Below, piece by piece: positions 9,875 to 19,339 of a DNA stretch of 64,000 nt (positions within the stretch are counted from its first letter, which is position 1; each line of letters opens with the position of its first letter). Origin of the DNA: an uncultured Acidobacteriota bacterium (GTDB lineage: Bacteria > Acidobacteriota > UBA6911); the NCBI GenBank assembly GCA_963809485.1, contig CAWEJX010000020.1, forward strand, positions 1,120,001-1,184,000, read 5' to 3'. The position numbers and the translations under genes were made by a program. Under the pieces are notes generated by a model. It saw nothing but the letters and a program-made list of their open reading frames with translations, was not told the origin of the DNA and searched no databases.

Positions 9875-12253
9875 CTATGCTTTGCCCAATGCTTTGAGGA
9901 CCTTTTCCGGCGTGGCCGGCGATTCGATCCATTTGCCGATCGCGTTGTGGATGGCCATGATGACGAGGTGCGTGTTCGCCAGCGAATGGCTGATGCCGCT
10001 GGCGCCGTAGCACGCGTTGCTGGCTCGCGTTTCCAGAAGCTCCAGGTCCACTCGAGGCATGTCCAGCATGCTGACCTTCTTGTACTCAAACATGTTGGTG
10101 CTGAGTCGCACTCCGGTCTTCGGATCGTAGATGAATTCCTCCTGAAGCTGGCATCCTTTGGTGAAATCCATCACCTGATCGATCTGGCTCTCCAGCGACG
10201 TCCGTCGCATGATTTTCCCGGGATCCGCAACGACTCCGAAGCGAAGGATTTCAACTTCCCCCGTCTCCGTGTCTACGGCAACTTCGCACGTGGCAACATT
10301 CATCGCATCCAAAACTTTGCCCCGTTGAGTCCAGACGGCTGCCGGAGGTCTCCCGGAGTATGTCGCGAACAGGTTCGCCCGAACAGCTTGCGCAAGAGGA
10401 AGGCCCTTGCCCGGGTCGTTCTTGACGACGACTTTGCCGTCCTGCATGTCCAGGTCTTCAGGCTTCAGGCCCTTAAAAGGATTGGGAGCCTGCTTTGCTC
10501 CGGGACCTCCCATCATGCCGAATCCCATAGGCGCGGGAGGATTGTTGGCTTCCTCGACCGCCGTCTCCAGGATCAGCTTCTTCAATTTGTTCGCGCACTC
10601 TTTGATGGCCCAGGAGGATGCGGTCGACCCGTCGCTGCCGCCTCCAAAGGGCCGGTAGATTTCGTGGTGATCAAAATCGATGCGAATATCCTTGTACTCC
10701 AGACCCAGTTCTTCGGCTATGACCATAGCGTTTGCTTCCAGGCCGAAGTGGCCGATGATGGGGCCCTTGGTTGCCAGGTGCACGACGCCGTTTCGAAGCT
10801 CGAGTTTGGTGTTGTATCCCGAAACGGAATGGCGCGGGCACTGGTTGTAGCGGAAGCTTGCTCCGTGCAAACGGCCGTCGGGCAGCTTTTTGGCACCGGT
10901 TTTATGCCAGTTCCATTTCATGATCTTTTTGACTTCCGCGACGCACTCTTCATAGCTGGGCACGGGATTGGGGTCGGTCTGGGATTCGGGCCCGTGGAGG
11001 TTCAGGGTTGCGATGTCTATCGGGTCCTTGCCGAGCTTTTCCGCGATCAGGTAAAGCCCCACCATCAGGGTATCCCAGCCCATCGGGTTATGCTGGCCGC
11101 TGACGTACATCATCCCGGTGTTGCTGTCTACAACCTCCATACTCTGTTTGACGTTCTGGCATCGGGTGGTGAAATAGGGCCCATAGTTCTGATCCATTGT
11201 GTTGCCGAAAATGGAGCTTCCCCGGATCCCGCCGTCCGCAATGGAAAAGTCGTCGATGGCCGTGATCAGGCCGTTGCTTTTGAATCCGATCTTCATATGC
11301 ACGAAGCGCTGGCACAGGTTGAAGTCGTACATATCGGCGCGGCTGTAGACGCATCGGACGGGCCTTCCGGTTCTTTTGGCGAGCAAGGGAGTGATCTGCT
11401 CCGATTTGCGGGTGCCCCAGTCGCAGTACCTGCCGCCCACGAACATGCAATTCTGAAAGACCTTCGCCGGAGCCACGCGGTTCATGCCTGCCACCTGGTC
11501 ATGTCCCCAGGGAACACCCTCAATTTGAAGATTCTCTCCTGTCCCGTGCAAAGGATCGTCAAACCACCAGGCAACGGTACCGGATGGATTGGGGATATGA
11601 CCGGCAAATGCGGCTGTGTTCATGTCATATTCGATGACATGGTCCGCTTCCTTGAATCCCTTTTCGACATCGCCGTCATTCATATTGGAATAATTGACGT
11701 TGCCTTTCTTGGGAGGATTTTTTCCTCCTCCCATACCGAATCCTCCGCCTTTACCCGCCGGCGTTGCCGGCCGGATGACCGGAGCGTCTGGCGCCCGTCC
11801 TTTGCGCAGGTCTACGACAAAAGGCAGTTCTTCCCATTCCACTTCAAGCGCATGCAACGCCTGCTCGCAGATTTCCTCACTTTCAGCAACAACGATAGCG
11901 CCTACTTCGGCCCCATCCTGGTCTGCCAGGTTGTCCAGAAAAGCCTGAGTCGGTCCCATTAAAAAACCACCGTCACCTCCGCTGCCCAGTTTCTTCATAT
12001 CCTCGTCTTCCCAGGTAACGATATCGACGACTCCGGGGATGGCCTTGGCTTTGGCCGTGTCGAGCTTTTTGATGCGTGCGTTCGCATAGGGGCTTCTGAG
12101 AAATTTGGCGTGGAGCATGTCTGGAACGACGTAGTCGATACCGAATTTTGCTACTCCGGTTGCCTGCGACCACGATAATACGCCCGGGAGGCTGGGTTTC
12201 CCGACAACCCTGAAGTTTTTCCTGGTTCCGTTTATTCCTGCTAGGTCAGCCAT
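9875..12253 (-). CDS. Xanthine dehydrogenase/CoxL-family molybdopterin-binding large subunit
   Basis: MLHAKFLRSPYANARI, GDVEKGFKEADHVIE, EVAVDTETGEVEI motifs. Confidence 0.9.
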   Translation of the reverse strand: MADLAGINGTRKNFRVVGKPSLPGVLSWSQATGVAKFGIDYVVPDMLHAKFLRSPYANARIKKLDTAKAKAIPGVVDIVTWEDEDMKKLGSGGDGGFLMGPTQAFLDNLADQDGAEVGAIVVAESEEICEQALHALEVEWEELPFVVDLRKGRAPDAPVIRPATPAGKGGGFGMGGGKNPPKKGNVNYSNMNDGDVEKGFKEADHVIEYDMNTAAFAGHIPNPSGTVAWWFDDPLHGTGENLQIEGVPWGHDQVAGMNRVAPAKVFQNCMFVGGRYCDWGTRKSEQITPLLAKRTGRPVRCVYSRADMYDFNLCQRFVHMKIGFKSNGLITAIDDFSIADGGIRGSSIFGNTMDQNYGPYFTTRCQNVKQSMEVVDSNTGMMYVSGQHNPMGWDTLMVGLYLIAEKLGKDPIDIATLNLHGPESQTDPNPVPSYEECVAEVKKIMKWNWHKTGAKKLPDGRLHGASFRYNQCPRHSVSGYNTKLELRNGVVHLATKGPIIGHFGLEANAMVIAEELGLEYKDIRIDFDHHEIYRPFGGGSDGSTASSWAIKECANKLKKLILETAVEEANNPPAPMGFGMMGGPGAKQAPNPFKGLKPEDLDMQDGKVVVKNDPGKGLPLAQAVRANLFATYSGRPPAAVWTQRGKVLDAMNVATCEVAVDTETGEVEILRFGVVADPGKIMRRTSLESQIDQVMDFTKGCQLQEEFIYDPKTGVRLSTNMFEYKKVSMLDMPRVDLELLETRASNACYGASGISHSLANTHLVIMAIHNAIGKWIESPATPEKVLKALGKA

Positions 12254-12320
12254 ACGATGCTCCTTTCATTACCTCTGCCGCTTGCATGACTGCGGTGGGG
12301 TTGGCGGGGCAGGTGCAGCG
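12246..12320 (-). pseudogene. 3' relic of a CoxS/XdhC-type [2Fe-2S] small subunit
   Basis: Translates RCTCPANPTAVMQAAEVMKGASYG*, like the 'CRCGTYP..AV..AA' tail; its stop overlaps the large-subunit start. Confidence 0.55.
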
Positions 12321-12482
12321 CCGCACTGCCCATCGTCCATATATTTTCCTCTGCCATAAGGGCCTACTGCGTATCTGCAAACAGACAGCGCAAGCCTGAT
12401 TCGGCCATATCTCTTATCATACCGGCAAGAGAAGAGCAATTTCTTGATCCAGGTCAACTTTGGACAATTGGGACAATTGTTT

Positions 12483-12652
12483 ATTGGGGTCGGACCACGA
12501 TAAATCTTTAGAACCAAATGAGAAAGGTTCATTTTAGGTTATCCCAAATCCGCTTGGACAAAATATTGGGGGGGGATTTTGGGGCTGTAACGAAACCCGG
12601 CACGGATGCGGTAAAGAGCATATATAGTTGGGGGGGACGGACCACAATATTT
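12483..12652. repeat. RAYT 3'-side REP-like/direct repeat copy
   Basis: ATTGGGGTCGGACCACGATAAATC followed by about 120 bp similar to 13491-13636; a degenerate GGGGACGGACCACAATA follows. Confidence 0.7.
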
Positions 12653-13366
12653 ATTTGATTGTTCTTCTTTGACGTACCAATCGCCGTCTTCTGTCGTGGC
12701 TATATGGAATCTTTTCCTTTTCTTAGTTCTGGAAATAATCTCCTTCAGAAATTCCTCGCTGCCAACTGCAATGCTTTCCGTCCATATTCCTTCGCGGATC
12801 AAACGGCTGTTTTTAATTGATTCAAGAATGCGCTGTTGATGGATCTCTGCCATAGATTTCCTGTTGCTCAAACCCAACAGATCAACAAGTCGCTCGATAT
12901 CGAGGACGCGAAATCGCTGGCGATTGCCAACAAGCTCATGATAGCCGCACCATGCCCAATCGTTGGGATGGGAGACAACGCCCGCCCGCACCATGTTGAG
13001 ATCGATATATCGCAGACAATTCCAAAGATGGTCGCCGCCATCAATCATGGTGGAGTGAAATCGCTCTCCCCAGAATGCTCCGGAGCGATGCTTTCGAAGG
13101 TTGTAATAGCCTGCAAACTCGCCCTCCAACTGTTGCATGAATCGGCTGAGATCTGAAAGGCGGTCGCACATCCCCAGTAGATGGACGTGGTTGCAGGTGA
13201 TGCAAAAGCTAAAGAGAGAAATTCGATGTTTTAGGACGGCTTTTCTCATCCTGACACGATACTCAATTCTGTCAAGTCTGTTTCGCAATAGGAATTGGCG
13301 ATTGTGGCAACGTTGAGTTAGGTGATAAACATACCCCGGCAAGATATAGCGGTTGGCGCGTGGCAT
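12539..13366 (-). CDS. REP-associated tyrosine transposase (RAYT, Y1 HUH family)
   Basis: MPRANR..PGYVYHLTQRCHNR, HUH motif NHVHLL, RSGAFWGERF, catalytic Tyr in RYIDLNMVRAG; AT-richer than flanks. Confidence 0.9.
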   Translation of the reverse strand: MPRANRYILPGYVYHLTQRCHNRQFLLRNRLDRIEYRVRMRKAVLKHRISLFSFCITCNHVHLLGMCDRLSDLSRFMQQLEGEFAGYYNLRKHRSGAFWGERFHSTMIDGGDHLWNCLRYIDLNMVRAGVVSHPNDWAWCGYHELVGNRQRFRVLDIERLVDLLGLSNRKSMAEIHQQRILESIKNSRLIREGIWTESIAVGSEEFLKEIISRTKKRKRFHIATTEDGDWYVKEEQSNKYCGPSPPTIYALYRIRAGFRYSPKIPPQYFVQADLG

Positions 13367-13490
13367 GAAAACCTCCATATTGAAATAATGACCTGGATGC
13401 CGAAAAGGGGCCAGAAGCCTTCATGCATGGCCCTTTTCACCTTTTTCTAATGGAAAGTTCCTCATATTTATCAACAATTTATTGTGGACA

Positions 13491-13744
13491 ATTGGGGTCG
13501 GACCGCGATAAATCTTTGGAACAGAGGCGGAAAGGCTCGTTTTGGCCTATCCAAAATCCGCTTGGATAAAATATTGAAGGGAATTGAATTGGGGGGCTGT
13601 AAGGGATCGAGTACGCACGCGGTTACGAGCATTTATGCTTACACGCAAATAATGCGGCCCAAATTTGAGTGTAAGGCCCCTTTTCTCTTCCGAAAATCGA
13701 GCTAACTCAAATATAGGCAGGATTTATCGTGGTCCGACCCCAAT
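13491..13744. repeat. RAYT 5'-side inverted REP doublet
   Basis: ATTGGGGTCGGACCGCGATAAATC (13491) and GATTTATCGTGGTCCGACCCCAAT (13721-13744), 24-bp IR with one mismatch. Confidence 0.8.
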
Positions 13745-13768
13745 GTAAATGTACCTGAAGGATGAATC

Positions 13769-15757
13769 ATGCGCATGAATCCGGCAAAGATGGCAGTAGT
13801 GGCTCTGATCTGGGGAACTATTCTCAGCGCCGCGGACTCCGCAGTGGCCCAGGCAAACCCGACTCGCGTGTCATGCGATCGCGCCTGTTTGACAGGCATA
13901 ATGGATCAGTATCTCGAGGCGCTGGCGGCCCATGATCCGGCGCGTGCGCCATTTGCGCCAGACGCACGTTTTGCCCAGGACAATCAGCCCTTGCGCATGG
14001 GAGAGGCATTGTGGATGACCGCAAGCGGTCTGGGAAAGTACAGGCATTACTTCACCGATCCGGAGCGAGGCGACGCCGGGCTCATTGGAGTCATCTATGA
14101 AAACGGCGTAGGCGCCATCATCGTATTGCACCTGAAGGTTGAGAACCGCCTGATCACACATGCCGAACAGTGGGTAGCCCACGATCCCGCCGGAGCCGCT
14201 GCCTACGAGGAAGCCGGAGCGCCGGAGCCCCTCTGGTCGGAACCGATCCCGGCTGAGCGGCGGCAGTCCCGCGAAGCCCTGGAGGCAACCGCCTACATCT
14301 ATTACCAAGCCCTGGAGAAAAACGACGGCAGAGGCATTTACCCTTTTACCGACGACTGTCAGCGTACCGAAGATGGAGTGCGAACGTCCAACCGGTCGAA
14401 GCCGCTAAATTACGGGCACTCCGATACCAGCGTAAGCGACTTTACCACATTGGGCTGCAAAGCCCAGTTTCAGCTCGGATTCTTTGGTTTTACCACCGGC
14501 GCTCGCGACCGGCGATTTATGGTAGTTGACCCGGATTACGGCGCTGTGCTGAGTCGTGCCTTTCTCGAATTCGATGGCAGCCAGCCTGATTTTATTACCT
14601 TGACCGACGGCCGCAGATGGAAAGTTTCTCCCTATTTTTGGACGGCGCGCACCAACCAGTTGCACGAGGGCTTCAGGATTGAAAATGGCAGCATTCGCCG
14701 CGTGGAAATGACAATGTACGAAGTGCCCTTCGGCTCCCGTTCGGCTTTTGCGCCGGCAGAACCGTTTCCGGAAATTCCTTCGGCCGGGACGGGAACAAGC
14801 ACAGAGACGTGCGATCGAAATTGCCTGCGTGGCATGGTCGATCAATTCTTCGATGCCATGACTGCGCATTGCTCCTGCTGCGGCCTGCTGGCGGACAATG
14901 TCAAATACACAGAAAACGGACAGATCGTGAAGCCCGGCGAGGGCATTTGGAGAACCCTCAGTGCTCGAGGCGGATACCGCGTCTATCTCCTGGACCCGGC
15001 AACCGGTCAGGCTGGATATTACGGCGACATCAATGAAAAGGGCCTTCTCGGAATGGTGGCATTGCGCCTCAAGGTGGAGGCTCATCGAATTGCCGAAATC
15101 GAGGCCGTCGTGGTGCGTGAACAACTGCGGCCCGGTTTCCGCAAAGCCAATGCGGGTTTGGCGGGTGATACGGCAGGAATTATGACACCCATAATGCTTA
15201 ATGAATTGCAGCCCAAAGGCTTCATTAAAGTGGATCCGCTTTTGCAGCAGATCGTGCCGCGCGCCAGCCGGGTCCCGCGCTCCCAGCTGATTGCCCTCAC
15301 CGACCGGTATTTTAGTGGCTTCGCCCAAGCCAGGGGCGACGCTGTTCCGTTTGACGAACGCTGCGCACGACGGGAAAACGGGATTCCATCCACTGGAAAT
15401 TCCGATGGCCCGCTGGTCGACCCCGCTCAACCGGCATTTCGTCTCTTCAGCCAGGGATGCGGTCAGGAAATCGACACGGGCTTCTTCAGTTCTCTATTGC
15501 GGCTGCGCCATGGCAACGCCCTGGTGGTGGATGAAGAGCAAGGCTTGGTGCTTCACCTCGGTTTCTTCGACGCTGCCGGAAACCTAAAGTCCGTTTCAGT
15601 GCCAAATACGGGCAAAGTGGCCGTGCCGCCTAACCTCCTTCGGCCCGCCACCTACGTCGCGCCCCAATTGTTCAAGATTTTAGACGACAAGATTCGACTG
15701 ATCGAGGGCTTGGCCTGGCCGGTGCCGTATGGAATGAAGTCCGGCTGGGACCGATAA
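13769..15757 (+). CDS. Secreted protein with two tandem CDRxCL-motif units
   Basis: Signal peptide; CDRACL and CDRNCL units, each with PF..DC.R.E.G; paralog of 6687-7676. Confidence 0.82.
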   Translation: MRMNPAKMAVVALIWGTILSAADSAVAQANPTRVSCDRACLTGIMDQYLEALAAHDPARAPFAPDARFAQDNQPLRMGEALWMTASGLGKYRHYFTDPERGDAGLIGVIYENGVGAIIVLHLKVENRLITHAEQWVAHDPAGAAAYEEAGAPEPLWSEPIPAERRQSREALEATAYIYYQALEKNDGRGIYPFTDDCQRTEDGVRTSNRSKPLNYGHSDTSVSDFTTLGCKAQFQLGFFGFTTGARDRRFMVVDPDYGAVLSRAFLEFDGSQPDFITLTDGRRWKVSPYFWTARTNQLHEGFRIENGSIRRVEMTMYEVPFGSRSAFAPAEPFPEIPSAGTGTSTETCDRNCLRGMVDQFFDAMTAHCSCCGLLADNVKYTENGQIVKPGEGIWRTLSARGGYRVYLLDPATGQAGYYGDINEKGLLGMVALRLKVEAHRIAEIEAVVVREQLRPGFRKANAGLAGDTAGIMTPIMLNELQPKGFIKVDPLLQQIVPRASRVPRSQLIALTDRYFSGFAQARGDAVPFDERCARRENGIPSTGNSDGPLVDPAQPAFRLFSQGCGQEIDTGFFSSLLRLRHGNALVVDEEQGLVLHLGFFDAAGNLKSVSVPNTGKVAVPPNLLRPATYVAPQLFKILDDKIRLIEGLAWPVPYGMKSGWDR

Positions 15758-15776
15758 ATCGATTGTTTGGAGGCGA

Positions 15777-16748
15777 TTATTTTGCAGTGCTTATGTCCAG
15801 CTTTCCTTTCTCAAGTGCGACGCCATAAATAATGAATTCGAAGGGCTCGTTCGAGGTGTTTTCAAGAGAATGGATTTCACCCGCGCGTATCGGGACAGCA
15901 TCCCCGTTGATCAACTCAGCCGTCTCATCGTTGACGGTCATTTTCCCCTTGCCCTTTATGACCAGGCAGACCTCTTCTACGCCGGAATGGAAGTGCCTGC
16001 CCACAGAGGCCCCAGGGGGTAAGAGCAGGTGATCGACGAAGGCCCAGTTTGAAGCAAAAGCGGATGGGCCGATCGCCCTGCGGTACCAGACGGAATCCTT
16101 TCCTCCATTCATGTTGGCTATTTGCTGCATCGTATCTTGTGTCAGTTTTCCCGTATGTATGAAGCTGGGCTTCTCAAGGTTTGCACCGACCATGTCATCG
16201 TCAAGGTTAAAAAGAGCGATCGGATCGGCAGAAAAGTTATAGGTGCCCTTGGGTGCAAAACCTCCTGATCCGGCATTCAAACAGCGAACGTTAAAATTCA
16301 CCCATTCGACGGGCTTATCTGAAGAATTATAGACTGCGTGGGAGTTCCCCGACCTGCAGGGGACGCCCATCGGACCGGGAAGCAGGGATGTGTGGCCGTT
16401 GACAGTGAATTCACAGTCACCGTCCAGGATAAGAAACATCTCATCCGAATCGAGATGGAAGTGATGGCCGATCGAGCTTTTAGGCATAAGCGGGCCTTTG
16501 TGCATAAAATTCAATCCCGCAATGGCGTCTCTGCCCAAAAGTGTCTGCATATATAGGGTTCCGGCACCCTCGTGGACGCGCTTGCCGGCAAAAGCTTTGG
16601 AATGGTCTGTATGACCAATCCGCTGTGAAAGAGGGGCCTTGGATTTATCCTGTCCTGCCATGCTGCTTTTCTGATCATCCGATACCGAAAAATTCAACGT
16701 ACAGGACAACACGAGCAGCAGGGCGATTAGGATGAGTGTTGGTTTCAT
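15777..16748 (-). CDS. Secreted bicupin protein
   Basis: Two cupin motifs (HHFHLDSDE...GNSHAVYN; HFHSGVEE...GEIHSLEN); hydrophobic leader from MKPTL. Confidence 0.88.
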   Translation of the reverse strand: MKPTLILIALLLVLSCTLNFSVSDDQKSSMAGQDKSKAPLSQRIGHTDHSKAFAGKRVHEGAGTLYMQTLLGRDAIAGLNFMHKGPLMPKSSIGHHFHLDSDEMFLILDGDCEFTVNGHTSLLPGPMGVPCRSGNSHAVYNSSDKPVEWVNFNVRCLNAGSGGFAPKGTYNFSADPIALFNLDDDMVGANLEKPSFIHTGKLTQDTMQQIANMNGGKDSVWYRRAIGPSAFASNWAFVDHLLLPPGASVGRHFHSGVEEVCLVIKGKGKMTVNDETAELINGDAVPIRAGEIHSLENTSNEPFEFIIYGVALEKGKLDISTAK

Positions 16749-16913
16749 AATCTTCGCTCTTCCCGGTTTTTGTCTCATGCGGTTTGGTTCGTGGAGCTCT
16801 GATCTCAAAATCAATTATTTTTATTCTCAACACTATAATGTATTTTACAATGCATCCATAATCAGTAATGAAATCGCCATGTTTTGTATATTAATCACCA
16901 CGGGGATGGAATC

Positions 16914-18038
16914 ATGAAATCAAAAGAAAATCAGCTGGTTGTCGGCCGGCGCAATGCCCTCAAAATGCTCGGACTGAGTTCAGCTGCCATGTTGGCGGGA
17001 GGATTCAGTGATATCCCGGCTGCCGAGCCGCGTGACATGAAACCCAAACCAAAGCCGCTGATTACGGGCGGCAGAAGCAGCGTTGCCTTCACGACAGGCG
17101 CCGACCGCAGGCAAATGCTGTTTGAGGTCATTAAGCCATTCGAAAAGGAGATCCGTGCAGGTCTGAAAGGGAAGCAACTGATCATTAAACCCAATATGGT
17201 TGTGACCAATGTTGCTCTTTGCGCCACACACGTGGAAGCGTTGCGCAGTCTTCTTGAATACCTGAAGCCGATTTACAGGGGACAGATAGTCATCGCTGAA
17301 TCGAGTTCCCTGGCCAATTCCGCGGAGGGATTTAAAAATTACGGTTATCTGGGCCTCGAGAAAAACTACAACGTGAAGTTTGTTGACCTGAATACGGCCG
17401 GCGGCAAACCTTTTTATGTGCTGGACAGGAATCTGCATCTTGACAAAATTCAGATCGCCGATTCATTCGCAAATCCCGATAATTACATCATTTCCATTTC
17501 GAGGCTGAAAACCCACAACGCGGTCGTGATGACTGCCGGCGTCAAGAATTTGTGTATGGCTGCGCCTGTGAATCGGCCGGCGTCGGGCGGCAATAAGCCT
17601 CTGAACTATAAATGGAATATGCACTCCGGTGGGCCTCGCTTCATCCACTATAATCTTTATCTGATGGCGCAGTCTGTGCGTCCTGATTTCACGATTATTG
17701 ATGGAGTTGAGGGCATGGAGGGCGATGGTCCCATCGGCGGAACCCCTGTGGCTCACAAAATTGCCCTTGCCGGTCAGGACGTCGTGGCGGTCGACAGCAT
17801 GTGCTGCAGGCTTATGGGCATACCTCTCGAGAATGTCGGCTACCTGAATTACTGTGCTGCAGGAGGGCTGGGCAACATCGACCGCAACAAGATCGATATC
17901 ATAGGATCGGAAGATCCCGACAAGCACATAATAAACTACAAACTCAGTCCGAATATCGCCTATCAGCTCGAATGGAAAGATCCGCTGAAAATCCCGGGGC
18001 CGACGATGAAGCCGCCGGCTCCAAAGCAGGGTCTGTGA
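16914..18038 (+). CDS. DUF362 domain protein with Tat signal
   Basis: GRRNALK leader; IKPN, RLKTH, DGVEGMEGDGPIGG; paralog of 7853-8941. Confidence 0.88.
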   Translation: MKSKENQLVVGRRNALKMLGLSSAAMLAGGFSDIPAAEPRDMKPKPKPLITGGRSSVAFTTGADRRQMLFEVIKPFEKEIRAGLKGKQLIIKPNMVVTNVALCATHVEALRSLLEYLKPIYRGQIVIAESSSLANSAEGFKNYGYLGLEKNYNVKFVDLNTAGGKPFYVLDRNLHLDKIQIADSFANPDNYIISISRLKTHNAVVMTAGVKNLCMAAPVNRPASGGNKPLNYKWNMHSGGPRFIHYNLYLMAQSVRPDFTIIDGVEGMEGDGPIGGTPVAHKIALAGQDVVAVDSMCCRLMGIPLENVGYLNYCAAGGLGNIDRNKIDIIGSEDPDKHIINYKLSPNIAYQLEWKDPLKIPGPTMKPPAPKQGL

Positions 18039-18126
18039 AAGCAGGTTGCTTTTCCCCGCAAAGGGCCTGATCGCAACCGAAAAAAGATAAAACCGGTTTC
18101 ACGCGCAACAAGCATCTTTAACGCTT

Positions 18127-18206
18127 TTTGAACCGCAGAATGTCGAATAAAGAATGACGAATTTCGACGCCTTTCTGCGGTTCGACATTCGAAATTCGAG
18201 GTTCAT
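18127..18206. repeat. Short-unit inverted repeat of the type that flanks four-helix-bundle/IVS genes; empty site
   Basis: GAACCGCAGAATGTCGAA...TTCTGCGGTTCGACATTCGAAATTCGA; related half-site at 37857-37882. Confidence 0.5.
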
Positions 18207-18360
18207 TATTTCGCGGCGCTTATGTTCTTGGTTGCTGTCAGAACACCGGGGAAAAGGCATGCTCCGGTATTTGTCGAATTGATGCTGAATCACCGGGAGA
18301 GCCAGTGGGTCTCCAATGCATTGGGTGGCCTGTCCTGCCATTTTCTTTAAGTTCCGGAGG

Positions 18361-18388
18361 TTGAAAATAGCGACAGAGAAAGTATAAT
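18361..18388 (+). promoter_or_regulatory. Sigma70-type promoter of tRNA-Ser
   Basis: TTGAAA-16 bp-TATAAT, 21 bp before the tRNA. Confidence 0.7.
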
Positions 18389-18409
18389 GCCGTCTGCTAG
18401 TTAGACCGC

Positions 18410-18499
18410 GGAGGAATGGCCGAGTGGTTGAAGGCGGCGGTCTTGAAAACCGTTAGGGGGGTAACCCCCTCGTGGGTTCGAATCCTACTTCCTCCGCCA
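18410..18499 (+). tRNA. tRNA-Ser (anticodon UGA)
   Basis: GGAGGAA/TTCCTCC acceptor stem, GCGGT-CTTGAAA-ACCGT anticodon arm, long variable arm, GGTTCGAATCC T-loop, encoded CCA. Confidence 0.97.
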
Positions 18500-18710
18500 A
18501 GCTTAAATTTTCCTGCCGTCTCATTAACTCCTGCAGGCTGATCTTCACCCACATTGTCAGCGCTCATCGGAGCCTTTCCGGCGAAAGTCAGCGTTGCCTG
18601 ATCCTGAAGCCGTCAAACTCCGTAACTCCGCCTGCAGAGCTTGGGGGACATACCTATTGCACAAATATCGAGATCGGCCCAGGGAGCAGATGGAAACGGC
18701 AACCGGACCA

Positions 18711-19121
18711 TCACGCAACTTTTTTCAGATCTTTTCCGCAATGGCACTTCCCGGGCTTGTCCGAAATAGTCCCGCAATTGCAGGTAGCCCCGCAGTCGCA
18801 TACATACTTCTCCTTGAGACTGACCATCTTCACCGGCTTGCCGCAACCGCACTTGCTCGGGTCCTCTTTGCTCCGCTCACAAACGCAGTCCTTGCCGCAC
18901 CGGCAAAAAACCCCATTGCCCTTTTCGATGGCCAGCACATGCATCGCGGCCAGCTCCGCGCCGCAGCTACACTTTCCAGGATGGTCCGACACGTAGTTGC
19001 ACTTGCAGTCATCCTTGCAGTTGCAGACATAGTAAAGCTTGCCATTGTCTGCCGTGACGACCATCCCGGCGGCCGCAACGATAAACAGCGCAGCCACCGC
19101 CGCTACAAACAGCTTTTTCAT
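18711..19121 (-). CDS. Secreted Cys-rich protein with three 6-Cys repeats (putative metal-binding)
   Basis: GGGAGG RBS, signal peptide MKKLFVAAVAAL; 3x C-x-C-x3-C-x-C...P(G/S)KC-x-CG. Confidence 0.88.
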   Translation of the reverse strand: MKKLFVAAVAALFIVAAAGMVVTADNGKLYYVCNCKDDCKCNYVSDHPGKCSCGAELAAMHVLAIEKGNGVFCRCGKDCVCERSKEDPSKCGCGKPVKMVSLKEKYVCDCGATCNCGTISDKPGKCHCGKDLKKVA

Positions 19122-19283
19122 ACACAATCCTCCCTTTAATAAATTCCATACCTGAACATATAGCATGCCCCGAGTAAATTTGCAGGAGCTGGCGCCAGGG
19201 GTTGCCCTCAAGCCTTCGCCGGTTGGGGCCCGTTTTCTAAGACTACCCTAATATGGCCCGAAAATAATTCTGCTCCAAAGCGT

Positions 19284-19311
19284 CAAAAGCCCATCTCTCG
19301 ATGGGCTTTTG
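19284..19311. terminator. Intrinsic terminator hairpin downstream of the ferritin-like gene
   Basis: CAAAAGCCCATC-tctc-GATGGGCTTTTG perfect stem. Confidence 0.7.
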
Positions 19312-19339
19312 CCTTTCGCCTACTTTTTGCGAGTCAGGC

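Noticed and set aside
9947-11962. Long antisense ORFs (also 4693-5661, 7925-8896, 14405-15430, 28895-29875, 58101-59612)
   Set aside because: Shadow ORFs opposite well-supported genes in GC-rich DNA, with no motifs.
12483-13636. DGR template/variable repeat pair
   Set aside because: No reverse transcriptase in the window; differences include indels and are not confined to adenines.
18410-18499. tRNA-Sec call, or tRNA as an island attachment site
   Set aside because: Anticodon is UGA (Ser), not UCA. I saw no integrase and no duplicated tRNA 3' end.
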